Shown here: in pieces, positions 19,202 to 29,915 of the stretch
Layout: every line of letters starts with the position of its first letter
Position numbering within the stretch: the first letter of the stretch is position 1
Origin: Phycisphaerales bacterium
GTDB taxonomy: Bacteria; Planctomycetota; Phycisphaerae; WQYP01
DNA length: 61,856 nucleotides
Assembly (NCBI GenBank): GCA_027451365.1
Contig: DAIDJN010000039.1
Coordinates: forward strand, 1 to 61,856
Direction: 5' to 3'
Program-made: the position numbers and the translations under genes
Notes under the pieces: generated by a model
The model's database searches: none
What the model was told of the DNA's origin: nothing
The model's input: only the letters and a program-made list of their open reading frames with translations

Positions 19202-19253
19202 GAAGACTGTTCCTTATGATTGAATAGTTCATTGAATCGTTGTTTTCCGCCGG

Positions 19254-20699
19254 TCAGCCGACGCTGCCTTCCAGACTTACGCCAAGAAGCTTCTGCGCTT
19301 CAACCGCGAATTCCATAGGCAGTTCCTTGAAAACTTCCTTACAGAAGCCGTTGATGATCATGTTCACAGCGTCCTCCAGAGCAATACCGCGCTGCTTGCA
19401 ATAAAAAAGCTGATCTTCGCCGATTTTGCTGGTAGATGCCTCATGTTCCGCCTTGGAACTGGTATTGCGAACTTCTATATATGGGAAAGTATGAGCACCG
19501 CATTTGTCGCCCAGCAGCATGGAATCGCATTGGGTGTAATTGCGCGATCCAGTGGCGGCCTTGAGAATTTTCACCAGCCCGCGATAGGTATTCTGGCCAT
19601 GGCCGGCGGAAATACCTTTTGAAACAATGGTGCTGCGGGTATTTTTCCCGATATGAATCATTTTTGTGCCGGTATCCGCCTGCTGGCGGTGATTGGCCAA
19701 TGCGACGGAATAAAATTCCCCCACACTGTTGTCGCCCTGCAGAATAACACTCGGGTATTTCCAGGTAATGGCCGAGCCTGTTTCAACCTGCGTCCAACTG
19801 ATGCGAGAGCTATCTCCCAGGCACTTTCCGCGCTTGGTTACAAAATTGTAAATACCCCCCTTGCCGTCCTTGTCGCCGGGGTGCCAGTTCTGAACTGTCG
19901 AATATTTAATTTGTGCGCCTTTAAGCGCGACAAGTTCCACAACCGCGGCATGAAGCTGGTTTTCATCGCGCTGAGGCGCGGTGCAACCCTCCAGATAACT
20001 GACATATGCGCCTTCCTCGGCAACAATCAGCGTGCGTTCAAACTGGCCGGTATTTTTGGCGTTAATGCGGAAATATGTGGAAAGCTCCATCGGGCAGCGA
20101 ACGCCCTTGGGAACGTAGCAAAACGATCCGTCGGAAAAGACCGCGGAATTAAGCGTGGCGAAGAAATTATCGGAATAGGGCACCACTGAGCCTAAATACT
20201 TTTTCACCAGTTCCGGATGTTTATGTACCGCTTCAGAAAACGAACAGAAAATGATGCCGACTTCCGCAAGTTTTTCCTTAAACGTGGTGGCAACAGATAC
20301 ACTGTCAAACACCGCGTCAACTGCTACGCCGGCCATGATCTTCTGTTCATGCAGCGGAACGCCGAGCTTGGCGTAAGTTTTCAGCAGTTCGGGATCCACT
20401 TCATCCAGACTGCTGAGCAGTTTTTTAGGTTTGGGCGCGGAATAATAAATAATGTCCTGGTAGTCTATTTTAGGGTAATGCACGTTCGGCCACGTTGGCT
20501 CGGTCATGGTTTGCCAATGGCGAAAGGCCTTAAGCCGCCATTCCAGAAGAAACTCCGGTTCGTTTTTAAGCTTTGAAATGGCGCGAACCGTGCCTTCCGT
20601 CAGGCCGCGGGGCAGCGAATCCGCCTCAATATCAGTAACAAAGCCCCATTGGTATTCTTTGTTGGCAATATTTTCAATTGTTCCAGAATCGGTGGGCAT
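19254..20699 (-). CDS. sufB: Fe-S assembly protein SufB
   Basis: [27 protein letters not shown] and TWKYPS motifs. Start at ATG 20699 after GAGG. Confidence 0.97.
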   Translation of the reverse strand: MPTDSGTIENIANKEYQWGFVTDIEADSLPRGLTEGTVRAISKLKNEPEFLLEWRLKAFRHWQTMTEPTWPNVHYPKIDYQDIIYYSAPKPKKLLSSLDEVDPELLKTYAKLGVPLHEQKIMAGVAVDAVFDSVSVATTFKEKLAEVGIIFCSFSEAVHKHPELVKKYLGSVVPYSDNFFATLNSAVFSDGSFCYVPKGVRCPMELSTYFRINAKNTGQFERTLIVAEEGAYVSYLEGCTAPQRDENQLHAAVVELVALKGAQIKYSTVQNWHPGDKDGKGGIYNFVTKRGKCLGDSSRISWTQVETGSAITWKYPSVILQGDNSVGEFYSVALANHRQQADTGTKMIHIGKNTRSTIVSKGISAGHGQNTYRGLVKILKAATGSRNYTQCDSMLLGDKCGAHTFPYIEVRNTSSKAEHEASTSKIGEDQLFYCKQRGIALEDAVNMIINGFCKEVFKELPMEFAVEAQKLLGVSLEGSVG

Positions 20700-20773
20700 C
20701 GAGAAAACTACCTCAAGCAAAAGGTAAATAGTCCTAAAACCAGTCAATGGCAGGGCATTCCTTTATAAACCGT

Positions 20774-20802
20774 ATAGTACGGCTGCTGAAGGGCGAAGTC
20801 AA
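20774..20802 (-). promoter_or_regulatory. Sigma70-type promoter of the suf operon
   Basis: TTGACT-17 nt-TACTAT on the minus strand. The -10 sits inside the palindrome CCGTA-tag-TACGG (20770-20782). Confidence 0.6.
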
Positions 20803-20898
20803 TTGAGACGCAGTCTCAATAAGCATTCGCTTTCGCGCACAATTTTCCCGTCTCGGCCACGGTGACGCAGGTGGAATTTCAGGGTATTCTCGTCGCCT

Positions 20899-21456
20899 GT
20901 GCTGCTGTTGAAGAAACATCTTGTAGAGTTGGTCATTGCCGGCAAAAAACGTCAGACAATCCGCTTCTGGTCCCGGCCTATTGTGAGCGTTGGGCAAATC
21001 AGTTTTGCACCCGGACTAGGTAAAATATTGATTACAAAAGTGGAGCAGTTAGCCGAGATTGAGCAATTGACCCAGACTGACGCCTTGGCGGATGGTTTTG
21101 CCAGCCGGGCCGAACTTCTGGATGAACTAAAACGGCTTTACCCCACCGTTCCGCCCGGCAAGCGGCTTTATCGCGTGGTATTTGAATGGCCAGTGCCAAA
21201 CGCTGTGCCAGAGTCCGGTTCCGCGCCCCCTGTTTGCTCCCTGCCCACTGTTCCGGATGCTGGTCCGTCCGTCGTCATACGCCGGGGCCATTCGCCACGG
21301 CCCGGCGGCAAACCGATCAGGCCGGTGGCCGCGACGTCGGGGAAAGTCACTCTGACCAATGGCATGAACGCGAGTCAACGGACAGAATTGCGGAATTTCA
21401 TACAAAATCGCGCCGCGGCGGCGGGCTGGCTCGGCAATCGCCGATCCTTTCCCTGA
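20899..21456 (+). CDS. ASCH-domain protein with a Pro-rich C-terminal extension
   Basis: LVIAGKKRQTIR (GxKxxxxR) and LTQTDALADGF motifs. Confidence 0.75.
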   Translation: MLLLKKHLVELVIAGKKRQTIRFWSRPIVSVGQISFAPGLGKILITKVEQLAEIEQLTQTDALADGFASRAELLDELKRLYPTVPPGKRLYRVVFEWPVPNAVPESGSAPPVCSLPTVPDAGPSVVIRRGHSPRPGGKPIRPVAATSGKVTLTNGMNASQRTELRNFIQNRAAAAGWLGNRRSFP

Positions 21457-21505
21457 TCAGATGCGCGGTTTGCTCTCAATCGAATTCCGGGTGATGATAG
21501 CGGGC

Positions 21506-22099
21506 ATGACACAAACACCACCCGACAATGACCGCTGGATTCAGACCTATATTGATCAAACGCTTGCGACGATTACGGAGCTAAAGAGCCAGTCGCGGGC
21601 AATTGGACAAATCAGCAATCTTATTGCCGAGGCGCTTTTTTCCGGGCACAAGCTGCTGACCGCCGGCAATGGCGGGTCGGCGGCGGAAGCATTGCACTTG
21701 GCGGAGGAATTAACCGGCCGTTACAACCGATCAGACCGTCGGGCACTCCCCGCCCTGTGTCTGGCGGCGGATACCACCGCCCTTACCTGCATCGCCAATG
21801 ACTGGGATTTTTCCAAAGTGTTTTCGCGGCAAATAGAAGCGTTTGCTCAGGCGGGCGATGTGCTGGTGCTTTTTTCCACCAGTGGAAACAGCGCGAATGT
21901 CATGGCCGCGGCGGCGGTCATGCGGCAGCGCGGCGGAAAAGTGGTGGGCCTGCTGGGCAAGGGCGGCGGCAAACTGCTGGCAATGTGTGATGCGGCTATT
22001 GTGGCGGCCGGCGCAAAAAGCGGTGCGATTCAGGAAGCTCACCAGGTCATTTTGCACCTGATACTCGAACGCGTTGAACAGTACGACACCGCAGGTTAA
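21506..22099 (+). CDS. gmhA: Phosphoheptose isomerase-like SIS-domain protein
   Basis: GNGGSAAEALH, LTCIANDW, FSTSGNSANV and IQEAH motifs. Confidence 0.85.
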   Translation: MTQTPPDNDRWIQTYIDQTLATITELKSQSRAIGQISNLIAEALFSGHKLLTAGNGGSAAEALHLAEELTGRYNRSDRRALPALCLAADTTALTCIANDWDFSKVFSRQIEAFAQAGDVLVLFSTSGNSANVMAAAAVMRQRGGKVVGLLGKGGGKLLAMCDAAIVAAGAKSGAIQEAHQVILHLILERVEQYDTAG

Positions 22100-23310
22100 G
22101 CACTGTTTTGCTGCCCGCCCGTCCCGCTAAAGGCGTCCGATATCTGGCCGAAAATGCGCGGTTCAGTTTGGCTTTTCTTTTTGCGCCATGCCGACGGCGT
22201 TTGTCCCGTATTTTGCTTGAAGATCCGGTGGAAATGCTGATAGTCGCGAAATCCGGAGGCGCGCGCTATTTGGGCCAGCCCGTCCGGCGTGCCGCGCAGC
22301 AATTGCATCGCATGATTCATGCGCAGTGCATTTAACTGCTGGTGCATGGTCATGTGAAGTTGCTGTCGAAAATAGTTTTGCAGTGCCTGGCGGGAGGCGC
22401 CGACATGGCGAACCAGGCTTGCAATTTTAAATGGACCGCGAAAATTCTGGCGCATGTAACGCAATGCTTCAGCTACCCTTACATCCAGGCGATGCAAGAC
22501 ATCGGTCGACGCGCGGGCAACAATACCGCCGTGGGGAATGGCGATCGGGTGTGTCGTGGATGATTCTGACATCAGATTATGAAGCGTCTGGGCGGCACGC
22601 AATCCCCATTGTTCCAGATTTAAATCCACACTGGTCAATTGAACCGGTGAGTGCAGGCATACGGCGGGAAAATTATCCACGCCGATAATCGACACATCAT
22701 CGGGTACCCGGAAGCCCGCTTCAAGGCATATCCCCATTACTTCAACGGCCGCTTCATCGTTCACCGCCATTAAGCCCATGGGCATGCGTTCGGGAATCAA
22801 TATTTTCCGCAGACGATTAAGGGGAATAGCCTTGACACTGACGCCGGCCGCTTTGCATCGGCTGCGCAGTCCGGCAAAGCGAGCCTTTTCCGAGGCGCTT
22901 CGCCGGGACCGCATCTGAACAAAAACGATCCGGTCCAGTTTAGACGCGAAAAAATGCTCCGCCGCGGCCGCACCGACACCGGCATCATCGCAGCAGACAA
23001 CCTGGGAACCAGGAACAGGCCGGTGAGGGTCTAAATTGACGATCGGGCCGTGAATGGCACGGGCCATGCGCTGAAGGGTTTTATCGCGTCCGCTGAAAAC
23101 GATGACGCCGTCGTACTTGCGCCGGATGGGCAGGCGGTTGGCAAAGCGCACGCGGGTGTCAAGTATCCAACCCCGCCCGGCGGCATACATGGCAATACCG
23201 CGCAAAAGCCGTTCATCCCACCACCAGAGCGCCACAAGAATATGCCTGCGCCGGTCCGGGTTGCCGGGCGGACGGGAGGATCGGATCGGTCGGGCGGCGA
23301 GCGTGTTCAT
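22096..23310 (-). CDS. XylR-type regulator (PBP sensor domain plus AraC HTH)
   Basis: VPDDVSIIGVDN and LTSVDL sensor motifs, with a C-terminal IARASGF....FHRIFKQNTGQTPSAWR. Confidence 0.9.
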   Translation of the reverse strand: MNTLAARPIRSSRPPGNPDRRRHILVALWWWDERLLRGIAMYAAGRGWILDTRVRFANRLPIRRKYDGVIVFSGRDKTLQRMARAIHGPIVNLDPHRPVPGSQVVCCDDAGVGAAAAEHFFASKLDRIVFVQMRSRRSASEKARFAGLRSRCKAAGVSVKAIPLNRLRKILIPERMPMGLMAVNDEAAVEVMGICLEAGFRVPDDVSIIGVDNFPAVCLHSPVQLTSVDLNLEQWGLRAAQTLHNLMSESSTTHPIAIPHGGIVARASTDVLHRLDVRVAEALRYMRQNFRGPFKIASLVRHVGASRQALQNYFRQQLHMTMHQQLNALRMNHAMQLLRGTPDGLAQIARASGFRDYQHFHRIFKQNTGQTPSAWRKKKSQTEPRIFGQISDAFSGTGGQQNSA

Positions 23311-23413
23311 GGCTATTATAATAGTCAATAATGGCAGAAATGCCATAGGCAGCCGGGCGCTAGTCAGGGTATATTTCCAGTGGCTGTTCGTATGTTCTGG
23401 AGTGATACTTCAA

Positions 23414-24367
23414 ATGGCGGTTTGGACTTGTGATATGGGCGGAACGACCATTAAGCTGGGCGTTTTCGCAAGCGGCAAACTGGTCGCGGCCAGCGAAATT
23501 CCCGCAGATCCGCAAAGCGGCCTGATTTGCGCCTTCGAGCGCATGATGGTGGTCTGGCGGCAACTGAACCGCCAAACCGGACGGCGGCCGGGCGCGGCGA
23601 CCGCAATCGCAATCGCCATACCGGCCATTGTGGATCATCGGACAGGTCAAATTTACGCGACATATCGCAAAAAGTTTGGCGACGCCAATTCTCCGGCCGT
23701 AAAGCGATGGTGCGTCCGAAACCTGCCGGCCCCCGCGTTCTGGTGCAACGACGCACGCGCCGCACTGGTTGGCGAGATCGCCTGGGGCGCGGCACGCGGC
23801 GCTAAGAACGTCTGCATGATGACCTTGGGAACCGGCATTGGGACGGCCGTGAGTCTGGACGGAAAGCTGGTCACCGGTGCGCATGGAATGGCGGGTAATC
23901 TGGGAGGGCATTGCACGATTGATGTCAATGGCGAACTTTGTCCATGCGGCAATATCGGGTGTGCTGAAACGCTGGCATCCTCGGCGGCGCTGGCGCGGGT
24001 TGCGGGACGGGGTCGCCGCCATCCGAAAAGTATTCTGTTTTCCGAAACGACAATCGGCTACGAGGCTGTTTTTCAGGCTGCTTCCTGCGACGACGCACTG
24101 GCTGGCCGCGTGATTGAGTCGGCGCTGCGCACATGGGCGGTTACCGCGGTGAATCTGGTGCATCTCTTTGATCCGGAAATTCTGGTCATCGGCGGAGCCA
24201 TAAGCAGGCAATCAGCTAAAATCATACCGGTGATCCGAAAGCAGATTAAAGATCATTCCTGGGCGCGCTGGCCGGTTTCCGTTCGTCGCGCGCAACTGGG
24301 AAATACCGCGGGCCTGATCGGCGCGGCAACGCTGGCGATCCACTCACGTAACCGGAGAATCAGATGA
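23414..24367 (+). CDS. ROK-family sugar kinase
   Basis: DMGGT, NDARAALVGE, TLGTGIG and CPCGNIGCAE motifs. Confidence 0.9.
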   Translation: MAVWTCDMGGTTIKLGVFASGKLVAASEIPADPQSGLICAFERMMVVWRQLNRQTGRRPGAATAIAIAIPAIVDHRTGQIYATYRKKFGDANSPAVKRWCVRNLPAPAFWCNDARAALVGEIAWGAARGAKNVCMMTLGTGIGTAVSLDGKLVTGAHGMAGNLGGHCTIDVNGELCPCGNIGCAETLASSAALARVAGRGRRHPKSILFSETTIGYEAVFQAASCDDALAGRVIESALRTWAVTAVNLVHLFDPEILVIGGAISRQSAKIIPVIRKQIKDHSWARWPVSVRRAQLGNTAGLIGAATLAIHSRNRRIR

Positions 24368-26187
24368 GCCGGAGCAGCTTTTACGACAAGACTCCGGTGG
24401 CAGCGGTCCAATATTCCCAGCCATGCGCATGGAGCGGATGGGGTGACGTTTTGGCCCGGCTGGTCACGGCGTTTCAAAAGCATGGCGAGCGCTGCGTCCT
24501 GGCGGTTGACTGCTATGCCGGCGTTCTGGACGCGGAGGTTTTGACGGCACTGCAAGCCGGCATCAAACCCGTTCTGACCATTCACACGCGCGACGTCTTC
24601 AAACCGTCTTCCGAGTTGCTGGCTGCGACGCACCGGTTTTTGGGAGATGATCCTGTTTTCGGCCGCATGACACATCTGACAATGGCCGACTATCTTGATC
24701 CGGTTCGTTTAGAGGCGCATCGACGAAGAATTCAAGCGGCTGGCGGAAGTGTTCTTGTTTACGGCCCCGGAGCCGCATTGGTTTGGGAAAACGCGACAAT
24801 CCTTGTTTATGCCGATATGGCCCGTTGGGAAATTCAGCGCCGTCATCGGGAAAACCTGGTTGGAAATTTGGGATTGGATAATCACACCAGTCCGTGGACA
24901 GAAAAGTATAGACATGGCTATTTTAACGATTGGCGCATATGCGATGGCCATAAACGAAAACTGTTCGATTCGATTGATTTTTTTCTGGATACGAATACGC
25001 CTGACCATCCGAAATTGGTGACTGGAGATGCACTTCGCTCTGGGCTGCGGCAATTGACCGCACGTCCTTTTCGGGTGGTGCCCCTTTTTGACCCCGCACC
25101 CTGGGGCGGTCAGTGGATGAAAAAGCATTTCGGACTTGATGAATCCCGCGTGAACTACGGCTGGGGCTTTGACTGCGTGCCGGAGGAAAACAGCCTGCTG
25201 CTGCGTTTTGGGAGCATTACGACGGAAATTCCCGCGCTTAATGTGGTACACCGGCATCCGAGGGAAATCCTGGGCGAAGCTGTGCACGCCCGTTTCGGTG
25301 CGGAATTTCCGATTCGTTTCGATATCCTGGATACAGTCGGCGGCGGCAACTTGAGTTTTCAGGTTCACCCGCTTACCGAGTACATTCATCAGCATTTTGG
25401 CGTTCCATATACGCAGGACGAAAGTTACTATATTCTGGACGCCGAACCCGGTGCGGCCGTCTACCTTGGATTGAAGGAAGATGCCCTGCCGCGCCAGTTT
25501 ACTGATGAACTCAGGGCCGCGCAGCGCGGCGGGCGGGCTTTTGACGTAGATAAATTCGTGAACCGGTGGCCAGCCGCCAGGCACGATCATTTTCTGATTC
25601 CCGCCGGGACATGTCATTGCTCCGGTGCCGGCTGCCTGGTACTTGAAATCAGCGCAACACCCTATATTTTTACATTTAAGCTGTGGGATTGGGGGCGAGT
25701 GGGACTTGATGGACGCCCGCGACCGGTCCATCTGGATCATGGCTTGGCGAACATCGCCTGGGACCGGCGCACGAACTGGACACGTGACCAGTTAATCAAC
25801 CGTGTGTCAATGCTTGACTCACGGCCGGAATATTGCCAGGAACAGACGGGCCTGCACGAGCGGGAATTTATTGAAACCCGTCGGCACTGGTTCAGTGGCA
25901 CGGTCGCGCACCACACCGGCGGAGGCGTGAACGTGCTGAATCTGGTGGAAGGAGATGAAGCTGTCGTGGAAAGCCCCCAAGGCCTTTTTGCGCCTTTTAC
26001 GGTTCATTACGCCGAGACATTTATCATTCCGGCCGCAATCGGACACTACACGATTCGGCCTGTGGGAAGCCATCGCGACGCTCGTCATGCCACGATCAAG
26101 GCAAGCGTTCGCACGGGCATCGGAACCGGGGAAATGGCTGGAGCGGGTCTGCCCGAAAAAATGCAAGGCTGCGCATCCGACAGATGA
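24364..26187 (+). CDS. Class I mannose-6-phosphate isomerase-like cupin with an N-terminal extension
   Basis: PWGGQWM, FPIRFDILDT..GGNLSFQVHP, QDESYY, IPAGTCH and LEIS motifs. ATGA overlap with the ROK gene. Confidence 0.8.
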   Translation: MSRSSFYDKTPVAAVQYSQPCAWSGWGDVLARLVTAFQKHGERCVLAVDCYAGVLDAEVLTALQAGIKPVLTIHTRDVFKPSSELLAATHRFLGDDPVFGRMTHLTMADYLDPVRLEAHRRRIQAAGGSVLVYGPGAALVWENATILVYADMARWEIQRRHRENLVGNLGLDNHTSPWTEKYRHGYFNDWRICDGHKRKLFDSIDFFLDTNTPDHPKLVTGDALRSGLRQLTARPFRVVPLFDPAPWGGQWMKKHFGLDESRVNYGWGFDCVPEENSLLLRFGSITTEIPALNVVHRHPREILGEAVHARFGAEFPIRFDILDTVGGGNLSFQVHPLTEYIHQHFGVPYTQDESYYILDAEPGAAVYLGLKEDALPRQFTDELRAAQRGGRAFDVDKFVNRWPAARHDHFLIPAGTCHCSGAGCLVLEISATPYIFTFKLWDWGRVGLDGRPRPVHLDHGLANIAWDRRTNWTRDQLINRVSMLDSRPEYCQEQTGLHEREFIETRRHWFSGTVAHHTGGGVNVLNLVEGDEAVVESPQGLFAPFTVHYAETFIIPAAIGHYTIRPVGSHRDARHATIKASVRTGIGTGEMAGAGLPEKMQGCASDR

Positions 26188-26362
26188 TCTGGCTGCGGCG
26201 AAAAATCTCCATTTCACTCAAGTCCCGGGTCAGTGATGGCGCGCCCCGGCGCTGACGGCGGCTCGCATTGTTTTATTATATATACATACAATAATATATA
26301 AAAGTCGGTTTGACTTCTCGGTTCGCATTGCAGAATGCCGGATTGTTCGCGGCCTATGCGCT

Positions 26363-26402
26363 AAAAAAAAGCATCCGGCTCTGGTCGGCCAGAGCCGGAT
26401 GC
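26363..26402 (-). terminator. Rho-independent terminator of PEP-CTERM gene 1
   Basis: GCATCCGGCTCTGG-4 nt loop-CCAGAGCCGGATGC, followed by T8 on the minus strand. Confidence 0.9.
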
Positions 26403-26454
26403 GTGCGCGTGGGAAGCAGCTGATCGTGAGCTTATTCCGACCTCTGAAGTACGG

Positions 26455-27981
26455 TCAGGCCCGTTGGCGACGTTTCAGAAGGACCGCCAGGCCGCCTATC
26501 GCCAGAAGTGCCAGAGAGGCAGGTTCCGGCGTCGCGGCCACGGGGGTGAGTGAAACATCAAACACCGACTGTGGAACATTGGGGTTGGTAATGAGTGTGC
26601 CGCCAAACCCAGTGCCAGGATTAAATTCAGCCAATTGTCCGCCGGTGTAATCGCCAGCGGCGGAGTCCGCAGTCAATCCGGCATAGCCATTGGGTGTTGA
26701 AATGGCATAACCGTACATGGATCCCGCCTTGAGAGTTAACGGGTTCTTCAGGCTGATAGTGATATAATTCCCTTGCCCGATCGCGGTGCCAGTGGCGATG
26801 ACACCATTTACCAACTCCAGAAGTTGATAGGTGCCATTGGTGGAATTCACGGTGGCGATTTCCAGATTGACACTATTGCCATCATTAAAAGCGCCATTGC
26901 CCGCATCCGAAAGGCTGACGGTGATTGCATTAAGCTTATAGCCCGCCGCATTGGTGCCGGTTGTGAAAGTCTGCCCCGGCGCCGCGGTATTATTGGTGTA
27001 GTAGTTGATGGCCGGAGTAGTGCCTTTGCCTACACCATAATTGGGTGATGCATAGCTTGCGGTGCCCGTTGGCGACAGATTGGACTGATCGGCTGCACCT
27101 GGAGCAGGAGCGAAAGGGCCGCCATTGCTGATCACGATACCATTATTGACATACGCGGGCTGACTGTAAGAAGCGCCCGTGGGAAGGGTGGTGGGATTGG
27201 CGGTTAGCGTGACATTTGAAAAGACACTTTGCAATCCTGAGGCACCCAGTGTGATGCCCAGGTTTCCTGATGCGTTTGCCCCAGTGGTCACCAATTCAGA
27301 AACCGCCGCGCCGGGCTGGCCGGCGGCACCGGGCGCGCCGTAATAGACACCGCCCTGCAGAACCGCGTTGGCGCTGTAGGAAGAACTGCTGCCTGCGGTC
27401 AACTCAAGAATGGGTGGATTGGAACCTTGACCAGTGCTATGAACTGTGGCGGTCAAAAGATAAGTGGTATTGGGTGCGACAGCCGTATTTAATACCTGGC
27501 CAAATAGTCCGCTGTTGACATAGAGTGGAGCATAGTTTCCCGCGCCCATTGCGGCCCCCTGGCCACTCCAATCGGGTATATAGGCGTTATTAAATCCGCT
27601 GACAGAATATGTGCCGGAACCCGACCCGTTGGTATAGGTCATGGTCTGCGGCGTATCTGAATTGTTTTGATAGGCATAGATGGTGGTTAACCCCAGTCCT
27701 GATGTGTCGGTTGCGGTCATACCGCCGGCGGTAGTGCCGGTTTTCGGGCCTGCGGTGCCGGGAAGACCATATTCCCCGGAGACCAGAGCCCCGCCAGTTC
27801 CGTAACCGCCGACGGAGTTGTTGGTGGCATAACCGGGGCCATAGATCAGCGAAAAATTCGCGTCCGGAATCGCAATATTGGTATTGGCGGGAACACCGCC
27901 TGCGAAAGCTTTGCCAAATCCGCCTACCGCGCCTAATACGGCCATGACACTAAGAGTCGTTATTACATGCTTACGGTCCAT
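26455..27981 (-). CDS. PEP-CTERM sorting-domain surface protein
   Basis: Signal peptide, Gly/Thr/Asn-rich body, and C-terminal TPEPASLALLAIGGLAVLLKRRQRA. Confidence 0.92.
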   Translation of the reverse strand: MDRKHVITTLSVMAVLGAVGGFGKAFAGGVPANTNIAIPDANFSLIYGPGYATNNSVGGYGTGGALVSGEYGLPGTAGPKTGTTAGGMTATDTSGLGLTTIYAYQNNSDTPQTMTYTNGSGSGTYSVSGFNNAYIPDWSGQGAAMGAGNYAPLYVNSGLFGQVLNTAVAPNTTYLLTATVHSTGQGSNPPILELTAGSSSSYSANAVLQGGVYYGAPGAAGQPGAAVSELVTTGANASGNLGITLGASGLQSVFSNVTLTANPTTLPTGASYSQPAYVNNGIVISNGGPFAPAPGAADQSNLSPTGTASYASPNYGVGKGTTPAINYYTNNTAAPGQTFTTGTNAAGYKLNAITVSLSDAGNGAFNDGNSVNLEIATVNSTNGTYQLLELVNGVIATGTAIGQGNYITISLKNPLTLKAGSMYGYAISTPNGYAGLTADSAAGDYTGGQLAEFNPGTGFGGTLITNPNVPQSVFDVSLTPVAATPEPASLALLAIGGLAVLLKRRQRA

Positions 27982-28191
27982 AAAAGTTTCTCCTTAGGAA
28001 CAGGTGGTACACGAACAGAGCGGGAACTGGCGGCTATGATAATATCAAAGCTAAACACCACACCCTCTACCAGATTTACTCAGCTACCTGAGAGTGAGCA
28101 GCAATTCAAAATAAACTCTCATCTCATAACCGCCTCACTTTCAGGTTTCGTATCCGCTTAATTTGAAGCGGATTAAACATTTTCAAGACAT

Positions 28192-29199
28192 TCACGGAAA
28201 ATCCTGATTCACCCCCCCCGGAAGATTTTGATTAATGATATTCAGAATGCGAAGGCCCTCATTTCCAGTGGCACCGGGTTTTGTCGGCGCGGCTGCCGGT
28301 ACGTTTTGATTGATGGGAATGGGGGCGGCGTGCCCATCGAAGAACACGGCGTTGCCATATCCACTTCCAGGGCCATACGACATGTGTCGGTAACGCAGAC
28401 CGGATGCGGCGGCACCACCGACAGAATTCGGGTAATCCACATTGGCGGTAGCGCCGGAAATCAATCCATTCGGCGGCACTAAATAATTCAGATAGGTTGT
28501 GTAATAATACGCGGGTCCCTCGGTCCCTCTATTTTGTTGCCAATAGAATGTTCCCCATGCGCCGAAATATCCCGACTGTGTGGCGTCACCAATTGCGATG
28601 GAACGCACCGGCTGGGTTACCTGCGACAGATGAACCGAATAGGTGGTGTTTTCTCCGCCATTTCCGTTGGTAAGAGTCATAAAGAAATTCGGGTTGGCGC
28701 TATAAGACGTCACGAAAGGCGAGGCCCCTGTCGGGCCGGTAGGCAGCAAAGTTGCCGCTGGACAATCAAATAACTGGTTATAGGCTTCGACCATGCCAAA
28801 ATTTGGCGTCGCGTATTTCTGCAACCCATTGTAATAGGGCAAATTATAATTCGGGGTTGGCTGAATGCCTTCTTTGAAAGCGAAAATCAATGCATCCCAA
28901 CTGTTTGACCCAAACGGGTGATTGGTCGAAGATGAAGTATCCTGCCCCCAGGGAATCGCGTCGCCATAATTCTGCGCGTATTCCACCGTCAATTGCCCCA
29001 GAGAACGCAAGTTGCTTAAGCAGACCACGCTACCGGCCGATTCCTTGGCTTTAGCCAGTGCCGGGAGCAGCAGTGAAATCAGCAGCGCAATAATAGAAAT
29101 GACCACCAGCAGTTCCACAAGCGTAAATCCCGGTCTGGTTATTGAATGTCCGTTGATACGACCATCTGTAATGAAAGGGGATATGCGATGCCGGGTCAT
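28192..29199 (-). CDS. Prepilin-type N-methylation protein with a C-terminal H-Xn-DG motif (DUF1559-like)
   Basis: [31 protein letters not shown] and RYRH...NAVFFDGH motifs. GGAG RBS. Confidence 0.9.
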   Translation of the reverse strand: MTRHRISPFITDGRINGHSITRPGFTLVELLVVISIIALLISLLLPALAKAKESAGSVVCLSNLRSLGQLTVEYAQNYGDAIPWGQDTSSSTNHPFGSNSWDALIFAFKEGIQPTPNYNLPYYNGLQKYATPNFGMVEAYNQLFDCPAATLLPTGPTGASPFVTSYSANPNFFMTLTNGNGGENTTYSVHLSQVTQPVRSIAIGDATQSGYFGAWGTFYWQQNRGTEGPAYYYTTYLNYLVPPNGLISGATANVDYPNSVGGAAASGLRYRHMSYGPGSGYGNAVFFDGHAAPIPINQNVPAAAPTKPGATGNEGLRILNIINQNLPGGVNQDFP

Positions 29200-29915
29200 G
29201 TGCGATCTCCTTAAGATAAACAACCGGAAAGCTGCGCGATTCTGCTTTTTCAACGTCACGGTTCGGTTGCAGGTAACCGAAAGTGCGATCCATTTTGCCT
29301 TATTTTGAACCACAGCCAGTCACCGCAAACCAACAGAGCCTTTAAAATCCGCAATGAATGCGACGGCGAAGCAGAAGAAAAGTGTTCTTCACTTCAGACA
29401 CTTTTATTGTAATCACATCCCGGTCAATAGCTAGGACATTTTTTTTCATAACGGGTGCATTTTTTTATCACCCGATCAAGCGCATGAAACCCGGCTTTGA
29501 TCATTTCCGGTACACGCCACACGGTGGCCTGCATTGCAAACGTCCATTGGCAATCGTATGGATCACTTGGGGGCAAATGGCGGCAACAAGCATGTGAAGT
29601 ATCATAAAAATAATTAAAAACAGACTGGATCCACCGGAACGGTCGGGACCGGCCTGGCGTCATTTGGCAGGGGAAAAAGCCGCCATCACACTGCCGGCGA
29701 ATAAATGCGTTCGCCAGGCCGCCGACGGCCGATCGCAGACCATCAACCGCAATTCCGTTCCTGTGTCAGATGGAACAAGGCGGACTGCGTGTCCTGTTTA
29801 AAAAATAGCATATTTAATATTATAAAATAGCGTTTATGCTATATCGCTTCCGGCGTATGCGGATTAATATGACCGTTGCATCGTGAACCGCGGTGGCAAA
29901 ACACGAGGTAGTTGC

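Noticed and set aside
26272..26304. AT-rich dyad resembling a GntR-type box
   Set aside because: It lies between convergent gene ends with no gene to regulate, and is low complexity.
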